Assembly (NCBI RefSeq): GCF_963676685.1
Contig: NC_092347.1
Coordinates: forward strand, 18,662,001 to 18,726,000
From: Mytilus edulis
Lineage: Eukaryota
Reading direction: 5' to 3'
Length of the DNA stretch: 64,000 nt
Within the stretch, counting starts at the first letter, position 1. Every line of letters starts with the position of its first letter. Shown here piece after piece: positions 1 to 11,440 of the stretch. The position numbers and the translations under genes were made by a program. The notes beneath the pieces are model-generated. The model was not told the DNA's origin. It saw only the letters and a program-made list of their open reading frames with translations, and made no database searches.

Positions 1-1263
1 GGCCTCGGCTAAAAACATCTCTATAAAAATTAGAATGTGCTAACCAGATTAAACTTAGTTTTATACAGGAACAATCAAACTTCAAAACCAAATTTGATAT
101 CCAGGGAAGAATTTAGTAAAGGTTGAAAGTAATTAGTGGTAACAATTATATATAAATTATGTTCATTAAAGTTCAAAACGTCCAAACATACGCGGGCATA
201 GCGAACGAGTTGTACAATATAACATCGTAAGATCGTAAGGAGTATCACCGTCCAATAAAAAGAAATTAATAATACGGAAAGTAAAATCGTACCTTTTGTC
301 GTAAATTTTAGTGAAGAGCTTCACACGTAAAAGTGAAATATTTTATTCAAGGAAAGGACAGTTTTTGCCGTTTATATCTGATTTATTTAAATTAAGTCCC
401 TTATGGTATCTGTCGGCAGTATATTCACACATTTCTTGATTATTTAACAGAGAAAAGGATCATAATTTGTTTGACTACATGTAGTTTCAAAGACAAATGA
501 AATTGAAGACAAACTGCAGATTTTCTATAAAAAAAAATGTATGCAATCGTACTTTCTCAGGTTGCATGAAATGACTAGATAATCTAATTATATGCTCCCA
601 AATTATAGAATTGATTCTCAAATTGAATGTTAAAAAGATAACATAACATGATGTTACCGCCAGAATAATATTTACATTGTAGCCTACAAAAGACACGAAT
701 CAATAATAAAATTGAACAAGATTTATTAAACATAAGTTTACAAGAAGTATTACACAAAAAGAAATGTCAACTTAACTGTCAAAATATATGTCCGATTTTT
801 AACTTTTCTTTTTCCGGATATCTTATCGGGAATCCAATCAGAATATTTCGTTCAATAGGTCACAATCTAGTATGATGGTGTGTGTACAATAAAAGTGTCA
901 ATCCAACTGCTGATAACGTGTGAAAGTTTAACTTTAGTGTCTGTATAGATATAGTTGTCACGGAAATCAATAGAATACTGTAGAAAGGAATTTTCTAGAA
1001 CAATGTAAAAAGTTTAATTAACGCATCTTTGGTATGATCATTCTGGAATCGTTATGTAAGTCAACTTATAAGTTCCAACCATTCCGTCAGTATCTATAAT
1101 TGTTCCAGTGGTTTCTAAACTACACAGCTATAAGATTATGTAAACAATTATTAGACCACACAAAATAAATTAGACCAACATAAATAAACATAATAATTAC
1201 AATATCATAACAATGATGATATAACAGTAACGATATGTTATTTGAAAAAGATATACTATAATT

Positions 1264-1534
1264 ATAGATTATCGTTGATCATCTCAACGAGATTGACTTT
1301 CTCGCTTGAGCCGGGACGGCGAAAGCGAGAAAGGCAATCGAGTTGAGATGACCAATGATAATCTGTTTATCGCTATTTTACCTATGACGACGTTGTCAAT
1401 TTCATGTCAATTTCGTTAGCAACGCCACGTGTCTGCTTAGTTTGTAGCGATAATTTGTCAATCTCAAGCGAGTAGCATGATATGAAAATTATCACAAAAA
1501 AAGATCAAACGAAAAATGCACAAAATAGCGATAA
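1264..1534 (+). mobile_element. Small non-autonomous element with a ~100-bp 5' hairpin and 13-bp inverted repeats around the body
   Basis: Imperfect palindrome 1266-1364; ttatcgctatttt (1367-1379) / aaaatagcgataa (1522-1534). Confidence 0.7.
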
Positions 1535-1905
1535 TGTATAATATAAAATATTGATTAAGAAACCTAGACATGAAACTAAGGAGAAAGGTGTATGAGTTTA
1601 TGATTTAAAAAATCATCTTTAATAAAATCAACCATCATATCTTTAAACAAAAAAATCTGTACTGCTAAAGAGATCACTCTCAGCTTTTGGTGGGGTTCGT
1701 GTGTTAGTCTTAGGTTTTGTATGTTGTGTTTTGCATTCTCTTGTTTGGTTTTTTTTTTTTTTTTTTTATTTTTAGTCATGAATTTATCCTTTATAGTTCC
1801 AATCATGCGTTTGGATGTCCCTCTGGTATCTTTCGCTTCTCCTTTAAGAAGATACATACATAGAGTAAGTAAATCAATCATTGATTGTAGTTTCATTATA
1901 GGACA

Positions 1906-2098
1906 ATGTTGAGACAACGTTGTGCAAGAGAAGACAGTGACGATGATATAGATAAATGTTCTGATGATGCAGTGAATGTTGCCAAGTCTAAACAAAACAA
2001 GTCTGGCATGCGTTTAGTACTAAAAAGTATAGTGAAATTCGTTTCCACTGTAATAACGATAGTAGTTTCTGTTACAATAATTAATGTCATCTGTATTG
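1906..2098 (+). CDS. Gene copy 1, coding exon 1: acidic N-tail plus predicted TM helix
   Basis: Acceptor tttcattatag ends at 1901, ATG at 1906, donor G|GTAAGT after 2098 (phase 1). Peptide MLRQRCAREDSDDDIDKCSDDAVNVA...VSTVITIVVSVTIINVICIG. Paralogous to 42293-42470, including flanking splice signals. Confidence 0.8.
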
Positions 2099-2186
2099 GT
2101 AAGTCAGTTTTATCCTTTTGTTACATACGTTACAACAAGAGTAGCAAATAAACTCATCATAGATACCATGACTAAATTTTGTGTAT

Positions 2187-2230
2187 ACGCCAGACGCTCG
2201 TTTCGTCTACAAAAGACTCATCAGTGACGC
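2187..2230 (-). ncRNA. Type I hammerhead ribozyme (minimal stem III)
   Basis: Minus strand: GCGUCA-CUGAUGA-GUCU uuugu AGAC-GAAA-CGAGCG-UC/-UGGCGU; core and stems I and II intact. Confidence 0.8.
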
Positions 2231-2525
2231 TCGAATTCATAAAAGTTTAAAAGGCCAAATAAAGTTCGAAGTTGAAGAGCATTGAGGACCAAAATTCCAA
2301 AACGTTTTGCCAAATAGCGCTAAGGTAATATAATATATAATAATATATTAATATATAATATTAATTCATAAATATAACCATATCAATGATAATTCTTGTC
2401 AGCACAACAAATACTGACTACTGAACGTGTGCTACCCTTGGGGAAATAAATCTCTACCAGTAGTGGCATCGACTGAGTGGTTGTAAATAAACTCATCATA
2501 GATACCAGGGCTAAATTTTGTGTAT

Positions 2526-2569
2526 ACGCCAGACGCGCGTTTCGTCCACAAACAACTCATCAGTGACAC
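2526..2569 (-). ncRNA. Type I hammerhead ribozyme
   Basis: Minus strand: GUGUCA-CUGAUGA-GUU guuugug GAC-GAAA-CGCGCG-UC/-UGGCGU, with palindromic stem III ACGCGCGU. Confidence 0.78.
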
Positions 2570-2849
2570 TCAAATCCAAAATAGTTAAGAAAGCCAAATA
2601 AAGTACGAAGTTGAAGAGCATTGAGGACCAAAATTCCTAAATGTTTTCCAACTACAGTTCAGCCTATGCCTGAGGTAGAAAAGCCTTAGTATTTCAAAAT
2701 ATTCAAAATTCTGTAAACGAAACAGCAAGTTGATGAACTCAAATTTAGAATTAACAGCAAAATATTTATAAATAAAATTGCCAAAACAGTAATAATTTTT
2801 TTCGAACAGTGCAAACAAAAGATACACGACTTACATATAAGGTAACATA

Positions 2850-3170
2850 AAAAGTAAAATCACAAAAATACTGAATTCAAAGGAAAATTCTAAATGAAAA
2901 GTCCCATAACTCATCGCCAAATCAAAAGCTCAAACACATCAAACGAATGTATAACAACTGTCATATTCCTGACTTAGTAAAGGCATTTTCTTATGTACAA
3001 AATGTTATATTGAACCTTGTTTATTAGATAGCTAAACATCTCATTGTGATAGTCACATTACACTCCATTATATTGACAATGATGTGTGAACAAGACAAAC
3101 AAACATAACAGGTACAAATGACAAAAAAGGGGTACAACAGTCAACATTGTGTTATAATCTTTTTCATTAT
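2850..3170. repeat. Dispersed repeat family (aaaagtaaaatcacaaaaatactgaa...actgtcatattcctgactt)
   Basis: Related copies at ~18330-18560, ~20550-20700 and ~35480-35830; an inverted relative at ~31050-31463. Confidence 0.65.
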
Positions 3171-4459
3171 AAAATATTGCTACTCTAAATGGTTGACTTG
3201 GATAACAACTTGATCCTGTCCAGTAGTTAAAGACCCATGTTGAAGGAATGTCCGTTTAATGAACACGAAAATAAAAGAATGCAAGTACTGTTGAAAATTA
3301 TCCATTACATTGAGGTCAATATGGGCAAGATAATACCGTTACAAACTGAAGAAATTGTTGCAGAATCCAATGCAATGGAAAAAAACCGACAAACTATAAA
3401 ATGTTTTAAATCACAATTTGAGGTTTTAAAATATTTGTATGAGTTTAGAATATATCAATGCATACATTGATCTTATATACACCAATACAAATCAGAACTG
3501 CAAATTAGATAAGGAACATTGCAAATCACAGAAAAAACAAATTGATTATGTAGTTTACACACTTAATATCAATTTGGGGTTTATACTATGTAACATTATT
3601 CATGCTTTTCTCTTCAAACAAAAACTATAACCTGATGATTAACATAGTCATTCACTTAAATTAATCAGCGAGTAGGTCATGTATTGTACATTTTAAGAAA
3701 AGAAGCAGTACATAACTGGGCTATGATCCTTTTCGCATACAGAAACCAAATGGAAATTAACTTAACAACTTGCATCAACTCAGAATGGAGCATGACCGAA
3801 TGCGTTGTCAATGTAAATATCTCATTATATGCAAATTGTTTTTCTGTCAAAACGTAAAATTATTGGAAAGAGCAGATCTACCTACGATTATTTTATTTTG
3901 AGTTCGAAGATCGCTGAATCAAGTCTCTCATGGGTAGATCCAATCAACATTATATATGTGAAGATCTAAGACTTGAGTGATGTGAGATACAAACATAGCA
4001 TGTGTTATTTAGTGAGACAACATTATTAAAGTATTTAAATGTTAAATTAAAGTGTTTTTTATGGGGTTTTTTGTTTGTTGTAAGATTTTCATGAACTAAA
4101 AAAAAAAATGGAGAATATGGGTGTATAATACCTCTTGGTGTTCTGGCTATTTTCAAAACTAAAAAATAATAAGTCAATCTTAACATTAGGCATTTTGATG
4201 AATGGATTAACAATTTATTTTCAGATGGATTTAATTCATTTTTATTATATATAGGATTCACGTTAGATTTTGTTGGAGGATTGTTTTGACTTTTTGCCTT
4301 CTTATAAATGGAGACTTAAATCGCCCTTTTACAAGCAATGATTACACAGAAGGTGAAAAAGAATGATTTGCATTTTTTGTAAGATCTAAATTTTCTCAAT
4401 ATAGGCTCATGTCAGCTATAATTGATGGAGTTTAGTTTCCATAGTTTTTATAATTTCAG

Positions 4460-4672
4460 GCGACCCTATTATCAATGTGCAATCACGGGAAGACATTTTG
4501 ATGCTATCTGATCAGTTGAAGAGGGTATCAACAAAAATGGATGATTACTGCTCTTCATTTGAGGAGAGTAAAGGGGTTTATCTCTGCAAAGAACTGGAAG
4601 AACAAATCAGAGAACTTGAAGATCAAAACAGAAAACTGAAAACGAAACATCAAATGGCAGAAGCAGAAAAAG
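4460..4672 (+). CDS. Gene copy 1, coding exon 2: coiled coil
   Basis: Acceptor taatttcag, donor AAAG|GTAATT, phase 1/1, in frame with exon 1. Peptide GDPIINVQSREDIL...CKELEEQIRELEDQNRKLKTKHQMAEAEK. Paralogous to 42769-42957. Confidence 0.8.
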
Positions 4673-6112
4673 GTAATTTACGTTTCAGTTCTTCTCTACA
4701 AATAATAAAAAACAATGTAAACATATTTTCATTGATTGGCTCACCAAGAAAATCATCCAAATCCGTTCGAATGCCACTTTTGCTAAATGAGTTCATATTT
4801 GGCACATTGGTGCACCTTAGTAATGTAAAAAAACACAAACATTTGTTTTGGGAAAATATTAAACCGATCTGGATTCTTTTTATGGCGCCATCTTTTAAAA
4901 GGAGAAATTGCTCGAAAATGACAAAAATAAGCCTTTTTTGCATATTTCGCTGGTTTAAATAAAAAAATATGGCAACATATATACTTTTTTGATAGTTGTA
5001 CCTAGTAAAACATCACTTTAAGTGTAAGAATGCATAGAAATAACAATGCTGTCTATTAAGTGCATGTATAATCTAACTGTTTCAATATGTCTTATTTAGC
5101 ATCATGTCAAAAATGGATGATTTTGGTCATCTTTCAGAGCCGAAATACTCCAAGATCAGGTTATTATTGTAAAATAACATATCTACTTGCAAAGTATAAC
5201 TATATATACACAATTCATGAAAATATTGAGCTCGGCAAATAATGTTGGTTTCTAGTATATGCCACAACAAAATGGGGTAGCCTGCACTTTCAAATTTTGT
5301 CAATTTTGCCGTCTCATTTGTAACATCTGACATATGATAAAATCTGTACTTATAAATAAGTATAACAACAGATGAATATTAAATGTTTCATTTAATACAT
5401 TAAAAGAATAATCATACATAAATACATACATTATTCATTATAAATCTATAGGCTTCAAGGAGCCGAAATAGTGCATTGACAAATTGTGCACTTAAAACAA
5501 CAAAAAACACATATTTTAAAAAACAAAAAAATTAAAAAAGTTAAACTCTTCAGAAAAAGTTCAGACTGTAAAAGAAAATTTCTTCTGACCATTTTTACAA
5601 TTTATTCTTATAATATATTAATATATAGCTGTCGGATAATAGCAGAAAAATGTGAAAATTTGTAAATTTACACATTGCAGGGACAATAGCTCTGACATAG
5701 ATGGTATGTCCAATTTTTCAGAAAATGTTTGGGTACTTGTCATGTTAATAGTTTATTATATATATATATAAATATATATATGTATGTATATGACCACTTG
5801 TTCTAAAGTTTTAAAAATAATGGTTTAAAAGAGAAAAGATAACTACTTAAATAAGTCTAACGCATAGTAATATACTTTAATTCATTCACGGACCTACTAA
5901 AATAAAGCTAACGCACAGTAGTATACTTAAATTCATTCACGGGTGTGTTCTAGTATATATTAGTTTTCAATTAAGACTTGTTTATACTTATTCGTTTAGG
6001 CTTGTATCATATTTTCCCTCCGGTTTATATGATCCGTTCATCCTATATTGACTCTTAAAATTCAAGAGTCTATATTGAATTGAGGGTGATTTTTATGCCG
6101 TTTCGATCCCCA

Positions 6113-6156
6113 ACATCGCTGAAGAGACATTTATTGTCGAAATCCGAATCTTGTGT
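6113..6156 (+). ncRNA. Type I hammerhead ribozyme, unit 1 (stems I and III weakened)
   Basis: ACAUCG-CUGAAGA-GACA uuuau UGUC-GAAA-UCCGAA-UC/-UUGUGU. Confidence 0.7.
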
Positions 6157-6656
6157 ACTAAAAAAAATAAAAACATATTGACAGTTCATGTTTGTAGCAT
6201 AACATCTTGGCCACAAGTTTTTTGTTTTCTGTTTAGCATTAAATTTATATTTAGATCCATTGTGTTACATCTTGTGATCAATTTTATTTGTCATTTGCCA
6301 ATGGCAGTCAGCAGGGTTAAAGAACATCAGTTGTTCGACCTGTTAGTCAATTGCGTTTTGTTTAATTATACTTTTTCTTTTTCACTTTTTTGGTCTTTTG
6401 GAAAATGTTGTTTGTGCTGTATTTTGACCCTTCTACAACGAAATTTGTTTTACATGAACACGTATAAAACCGCAATCATAGGTTTTTTAGCGTTGTTTTC
6501 AATTTAGACTTGTTTATATTTTTTCGTTTGGGCTTGTATCATATTTTCCCTCCGGTTTATATGATCCGTTCATCCTATATTGACTCTTAAAATTCAAGAG
6601 TCTATATTAAATTGGGGGTAAATATTATGGCCGTGCAAATACCGCTTCGATCCCTA

Positions 6657-6700
6657 ACATCACTGAAGAGACATTTATTGTCGAAATCCGGATCTTGTGT
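6657..6700 (+). ncRNA. Type I hammerhead ribozyme, unit 2
   Basis: ACAUCA-CUGAAGA-GACA uuuau UGUC-GAAA-UCCGGA-UC/-UUGUGU (one mismatch in stem I). Confidence 0.78.
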
Positions 6701-6987
6701 ACTAAAAAAAATAAAACAATATTGACACCTCATGTTTGTGGCATAACATCTTGGCCACAAGTTTTTTGTTTTCTGTTTAGTATTAAATTTATATTTAGAT
6801 CCATTGTGTTACATCTTGTGATCAATTTTATTTGGCAATCTCCAATTGTCAGAAGGGTTAAAGAACATCAGTTGTTCGATCTGTTACATGTAGTCAAATG
6901 CGTTTTGTTTAAATATACTTTTTCACTTTTTTGGACTTTTGGAAAATGTTGTTTGTGCTTTATTTAGATAGACCCTTCTACAACAAA

Positions 6988-7556
6988 AGGAATAGGTTCA
7001 GTAAGACCCCTTTTTGGCCCAGTTTTACAAAATTGTGAAAATGTAATCTTTTAGCTATTTACTTGAAAGTAGAATGCTTCCGCTACATGAATATTGGCTG
7101 TTTTTGACAATACAATGGACATATATCGGGTACTAGCATCATTAAGTCATGCTAAAGTACTGAAATCTTCATAAATTTAGCAGTTTAGTTAAATTTTAGA
7201 CGGTTTACGTCTTAAATGAAAGTGGTCGCATTCGTGTTCATTCATAATATTGAAATGTAAGTTGTATTTGATGATAATACATAACATATATAAAGGTTGA
7301 GGATGAACACGGATGCGGACACTTTCATTTTTGACAAACACCATACGAAAAGTGACGTTTTTTGGCATATTTGATAGATTTTGCATATTTAAGCTTGAAT
7401 CGGAGCGTTTTTAATTACTAAATCAGTAAAAATCTTTCACATAAACTAATTGAATCAACTGAAATAGACACTTAAGTGTTTAGAAAGTGTCCAAAATCTT
7501 TCTTTGGATGAACCTGAAATTTGAGGCCAAAATTAGCCCTTACCGGACAAACTCCT
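6988..7556. mobile_element. MITE (TIR aggagtaggtccggtaagg), copy 1
   Basis: Degenerate TIRs at both ends; close copy at 41467-42046; interrupts an HHR repeat unit. Confidence 0.8.
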
Positions 7557-7781
7557 TTGTTTTATATGCACACGTTTAAAAAATGCGGTTTTTATCCAAC
7601 GCAATCATAGGTTTAAACGTAGTTTTCAATTTAGACTTGTTTATATTTTTTCGTTTGGGCTTGTGTTATATTTTCCCTCCGGTCTTTATGATCCGTTCAT
7701 CCTATATTGACTCTTAAAATTCAAGTCTATATTAAATTGAGGGTAAATTTTATGGCCCTTCAAATACCGTTTCGATCCCTA

Positions 7782-7825
7782 ACATCACTGACGAGACATT
7801 TATTGTCGAAATCCGGATCTGGTGT
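7782..7825 (+). ncRNA. Type I hammerhead ribozyme, unit 3 (best preserved)
   Basis: ACAUCA-CUGACGA-GACA uuuau UGUC-GAAA-UCCGGA-UC/-UGGUGU; stem I fully paired, N7 varies as expected, stem III region AUCCGGAU is palindromic. Confidence 0.85.
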
Positions 7826-8179
7826 ACTAAAAAAAAATAAAAAAATATTGACACCTCATGTTTGTGGCATAACATCTTTGCCACAAGTTTATTGTTTTCT
7901 GTTTAGTATTAAATCTATATTAAGATCCATTTTGTTACATCTTGTGATCAATTTTATTTGGCAATCACTTATGGCAGTCAGCAGGGTTAAAGAACATCAG
8001 TTGTTCGACCTGTTAGTCAAATGCGTTTTGTTTAAATATACTCTTTCACTTTTTTGGTCTTTTGGAAAATGTTGTTTGTGCTGTATTTAAACCCTTCTAC
8101 AACGAAATTTGTTTTACATGCACACGTATAAAAATTATAGGTTTGAACGTAGTTTTCAATTTAGACTTGTATATATATA

Positions 8180-9199
8180 AAGGGGCTACAAACACAGAAA
8201 TATCAAAAAAAGCTTTCAGAAAGCGGAATCAATTCCCAGGAGTGAACTATTGGAATACAAAGTTAAAAAGAAAAATAAAAGGACTCCATGTGTTCTTACT
8301 TACCACCCATCTCTCAAAAACAGCTTTGGTGTCATTCGTGAGCATTGGAAATCAGTTGAAAAGAATTCCAAACTATCCAAGATTTTTCCCGAACCTCCAA
8401 TGATAGCTTTTAGGCAACCTAGTAGTCTGCGGAACCTGCTGGTGCGGGCTGAAGTGTCTGATAATAGAAGTACTCCTGGAGAATGTCGTTCGTGTGAAGA
8501 AAAACGCTGCAAATGCTGCCTACAGATGCAGCATTCATTAACATTTCACAGTAAGGCAACCGAAAACAACTATAAGATATTTTGCAATGTTACCTGCAAA
8601 AGTATGAATGTTATTTACATACTAGAATGTTCGGTTTGTGGCCTCCAATTTGTTTGTGAGTCAAAGCAGCCTTTCCACAAACGCCTCAATGGCCATAGGA
8701 GTGATATCTCTAAGAAGCCACTTCTCCCAGTTTCTCAGCACTTCAGACAGTCGGGTCACAAACCTGATGACTTTAACCGCATGAAAATTCTAGTGATTGA
8801 ACAGAATATTCACTGGAGTGATGCCCAGCGACAGGTTAGGGAAAGCTTTTGGATAAAGGAACTTAATGTACATCATCCAAACGGCATCAATAAGAAATAC
8901 TAGCGTTTTTGTTTTTTCACTCATTTTTATTGTTAATATACACAGTCACGTATATTGATTTATAGTGTTTTGTTTATATTATGATATTCAGGCTTTTGGA
9001 TTAAAAATCAATCGACCAAAACTTACCTGTATTATTACTGATCTATTTTTACACCTTATACATTATGTATCAGTATTGTTAAAACTTGTGACACTTGAAG
9101 AAGGCCATTTGTTGAGCCGAAATATTTGTCAGCACGATTTAATAACAACATTTTCGTATTATAACATCTTATATCAGTACCGTTGTGCAAATCTTTAGA

Positions 9200-9200
<1 letters not shown>
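8180..9200 (+). mobile_element. Penelope-like retroelement 3' fragment: GIY-YIG endonuclease ORF (8250-8903) plus pseudo-LTR
   Basis: Motifs PCVLTYHP, IFPEPPMIAFRQPSSLRNLLV, CxxC..RCKCC, NVIYILECSVCGLQFV, KRLNGHRS, VSQHF, RESFWIKEL, PNGIN. Flanked by (TA)n on both sides. Confidence 0.88.
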
Positions 9201-9240
<40 letters not shown>

Positions 9241-9320
9241 CCTATAAGAATCTACCAACCAGTAAACTTAATAGGTATTGGATCATCAAAATTGACAATA
9301 CTACACAAACAGGAAAAATT

Positions 9321-9675
9321 ATATTAGTCTGAAAGATTGTGTAACAATACCGATAAATAGATGGAAAACAAAACACTAAAAAGTGTTGAATATCATTGCA
9401 CAAAGATGGAAAAACTGAACAGATGATATAAATTATACAAAACTTACCTGTATTATTAGTGATCTATGTTTACACCTTATACATTATATCTCATTATTGT
9501 TAAAACTTTTGTCACCGAAGAAGGCCATTTGTTGAGCCGAAATATTTGCAATTATTGTATAATTTATATCATCTGTTCAGTTTTTCCATCTTTGTGCAAA
9601 TGATATTCAACACTTTTTAGTGTTTTGTTTTCCATCTATTTATCGGTATTGTTACACAATCTTTCAGACTAATAT
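9321..9675. repeat. ~120-bp inverted repeat enclosing a second copy of the Penelope pseudo-LTR segment
   Basis: 9321-9439 is the reverse complement of ~9555-9675; 9437-9548 repeats 9017-9128. Confidence 0.8.
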
Positions 9676-9705
9676 GTATATATATATATATGTATATATA
9701 TATAT

Positions 9706-9868
9706 ACAACTCGTCTAAACACTAATCCAACAATGTTAGATCTGTAAATTTGCTTTCGCAAATTTTTGGTTCTTCCCTCGCCGGGATTCGAACCCATGAT
9801 ACTGTGATATCGTGACACCAAATCGCCTGCACTGCAGCCGTCCCGCTAGACCACACGACCACCTGGGC
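9706..9868 (-). mobile_element. tRNA-derived SINE
   Basis: Minus strand begins GCCCAGGTGGTCGTGTGGTCTAGCG (A box) and contains GGGTTCGAATCCC (B box); non-tRNA tail ends in (TA)n; no clean cloverleaf. Confidence 0.7.
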
Positions 9869-9869
9869 T

Positions 9870-10031
9870 ATATAAACAAGTCTAAATTGAAAACTACGTT
9901 CAAACCTATGATTGCGTTGGATATGAACCGCAATTTTTATACGTGGACATGTAAAACAAATTTCGTTTTAGAAGGGGTCTAAATATAGCACAAACAACAT
10001 TTTCCAAAATACCAAAAGAGTGAAAAAGTAT
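9870..10031 (-). repeat. Inverted partial copy of the 544-nt HHR repeat unit
   Basis: Reverse complement matches tatactttttcactc...gtagttttcaatttagacttgtttata of the array units. Confidence 0.8.
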
Positions 10032-11440
10032 ATAAATATATTCAGTATGGGTCTTGCTCATTGTTGAAGGCCATAAGGCATATGAAGACGTATAGCTTTA
10101 CTTCAATGTCATTTGTTCTCATTGGCAATCATACCACATTTGGTTTTATTCACCACTGACAGGAAATAAATTAGACAAATGTTAACGTAAGTCCCAATTG
10201 CAACATCTAATACATCTTGATACATTGTTAGATTTAGCATATTAGTTTAAAAACCAAAATAATGTATTTATTTTACATTGTTCTAGTCTTAAACATACAT
10301 GAACTATTTGCCATTGGACATTAGCAACAACCAACCAATTAATTAATCTTACAAGTGGAATATCTTCAAAAGAACAAAAAAAATCTCCCCCTTCTATATT
10401 TGAATAGGAATGTATGAATAGTTCATTAGTCATTGTTAGTTATTGAATTGAAATAGGAGCCGCCTAATATAGTAATACAAATCAAATAAGTAAAGTAATT
10501 TTCCAAGTTAACAAAGGCCTGTTCAATAAAACTGATGTATAACATGTATAATTATGTTATTATATACTTTGTATGATTCCCATATACAATGTATTATACA
10601 AACAGTTAAATAAATATATAAGTGAATAATTTCATACCAATATCTTCTTCTTTATATTGTATGTAGCATGTTTAGTTTGACCTGGCTATTGTCACTTTCA
10701 CAAAAAAATCATCTTGGTAGTGCCAGCTGGCATATAGCCCTACAAATAGAAAGTGTGAAACTATAAAATTATTCTTCAATTTTGTTTTTTTATGAAATAA
10801 AATATATCAGACAGGAAATTTAGGGTTGTGAACATGTAGCATCACTGTTTATGTAGTTTAATGTACATTTCTTTCTTTTAAAAAGGACACTATAAGTAAT
10901 CTACATGTGCAAATGTAGGGTCCTGAAATAGAACTTTGCAAAACTTTGGAAACTTTTGTTTTTTTGTTGCCTCCATGGCCTACAAGAATAATTAGTTCAC
11001 TAAGAAAGTTTATTCTCTGCATAAAGTTGTCTAGTTATACATGTACAGTATTTTGTATGTTGTATGTACAACATTTAACAGTTTTTTCAGTAGACAAAGA
11101 GCTAAATAACCTCCAGTTAGAACTGAAAATATAACGTAGGGGAAGAAAATAAAAACCTGACCTGCTAAATATTGAATATGTTGAAATAAATTTTGATTAT
11201 TATGGTTTTAAGCAGGAAAGAAATATATTGTTCCATGGTTAATTGCTTGAAAATCAAAATTCTGTCCTTAGCTGACAAGGACATAAATATTTTGACCCTC
11301 CCCCTTGCTTTTTTATATTCAAATGGTCCAAAGACAGAAAATGTATATAATAGATATAAATTTTGAAAAATAAGATCTGTTCCTACTGGAGTAACTCGTC
11401 ATATGGCTGTATACATCCTGTTATGAAATGGTGAAAAGCC

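Larger units (their letters stand above)
2150..2715 (-). mobile_element. Tandem hammerhead-ribozyme repeat (non-LTR retrozyme-like), about 1.6 units, 339-nt spacing
   Basis: Direct repeat starting aaataaactcatcatagatacca at ~2146 and ~2485, each containing a minus-strand HHR motif. Confidence 0.8.
5962..8170 (+). mobile_element. Tandem array of ~544-nt units, each with a hammerhead ribozyme (retrozyme-like)
   Basis: Three near-identical units; predicted cleavage sites after 6150, 6694 and 7819. One unit is interrupted by a MITE (~6988-7556). Confidence 0.85.

Noticed and set aside
270-345. IRF/ISRE-like motifs (gaaagtaaaa, aaagtgaaa) upstream of gene copy 1
   Set aside because: Expected by chance in AT-rich DNA, and the transcription start is unknown.
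3237-3630. Extra exon or coding remnant in intron 1
   Set aside because: No motif, no counterpart in copy 2, and exons 1 and 2 join in frame without it.
6151-8090. Repeated ORFs MCTKKNK... as a peptide gene family
   Set aside because: They start at TTG within non-coding HHR repeat units, frames are not preserved between units, and 544 is not a multiple of 3, so there is no simple rolling-circle ORF.
9770-9868. Functional tRNA gene
   Set aside because: A and B boxes are present, but the acceptor and anticodon arms do not fold cleanly and a SINE-like tail follows.
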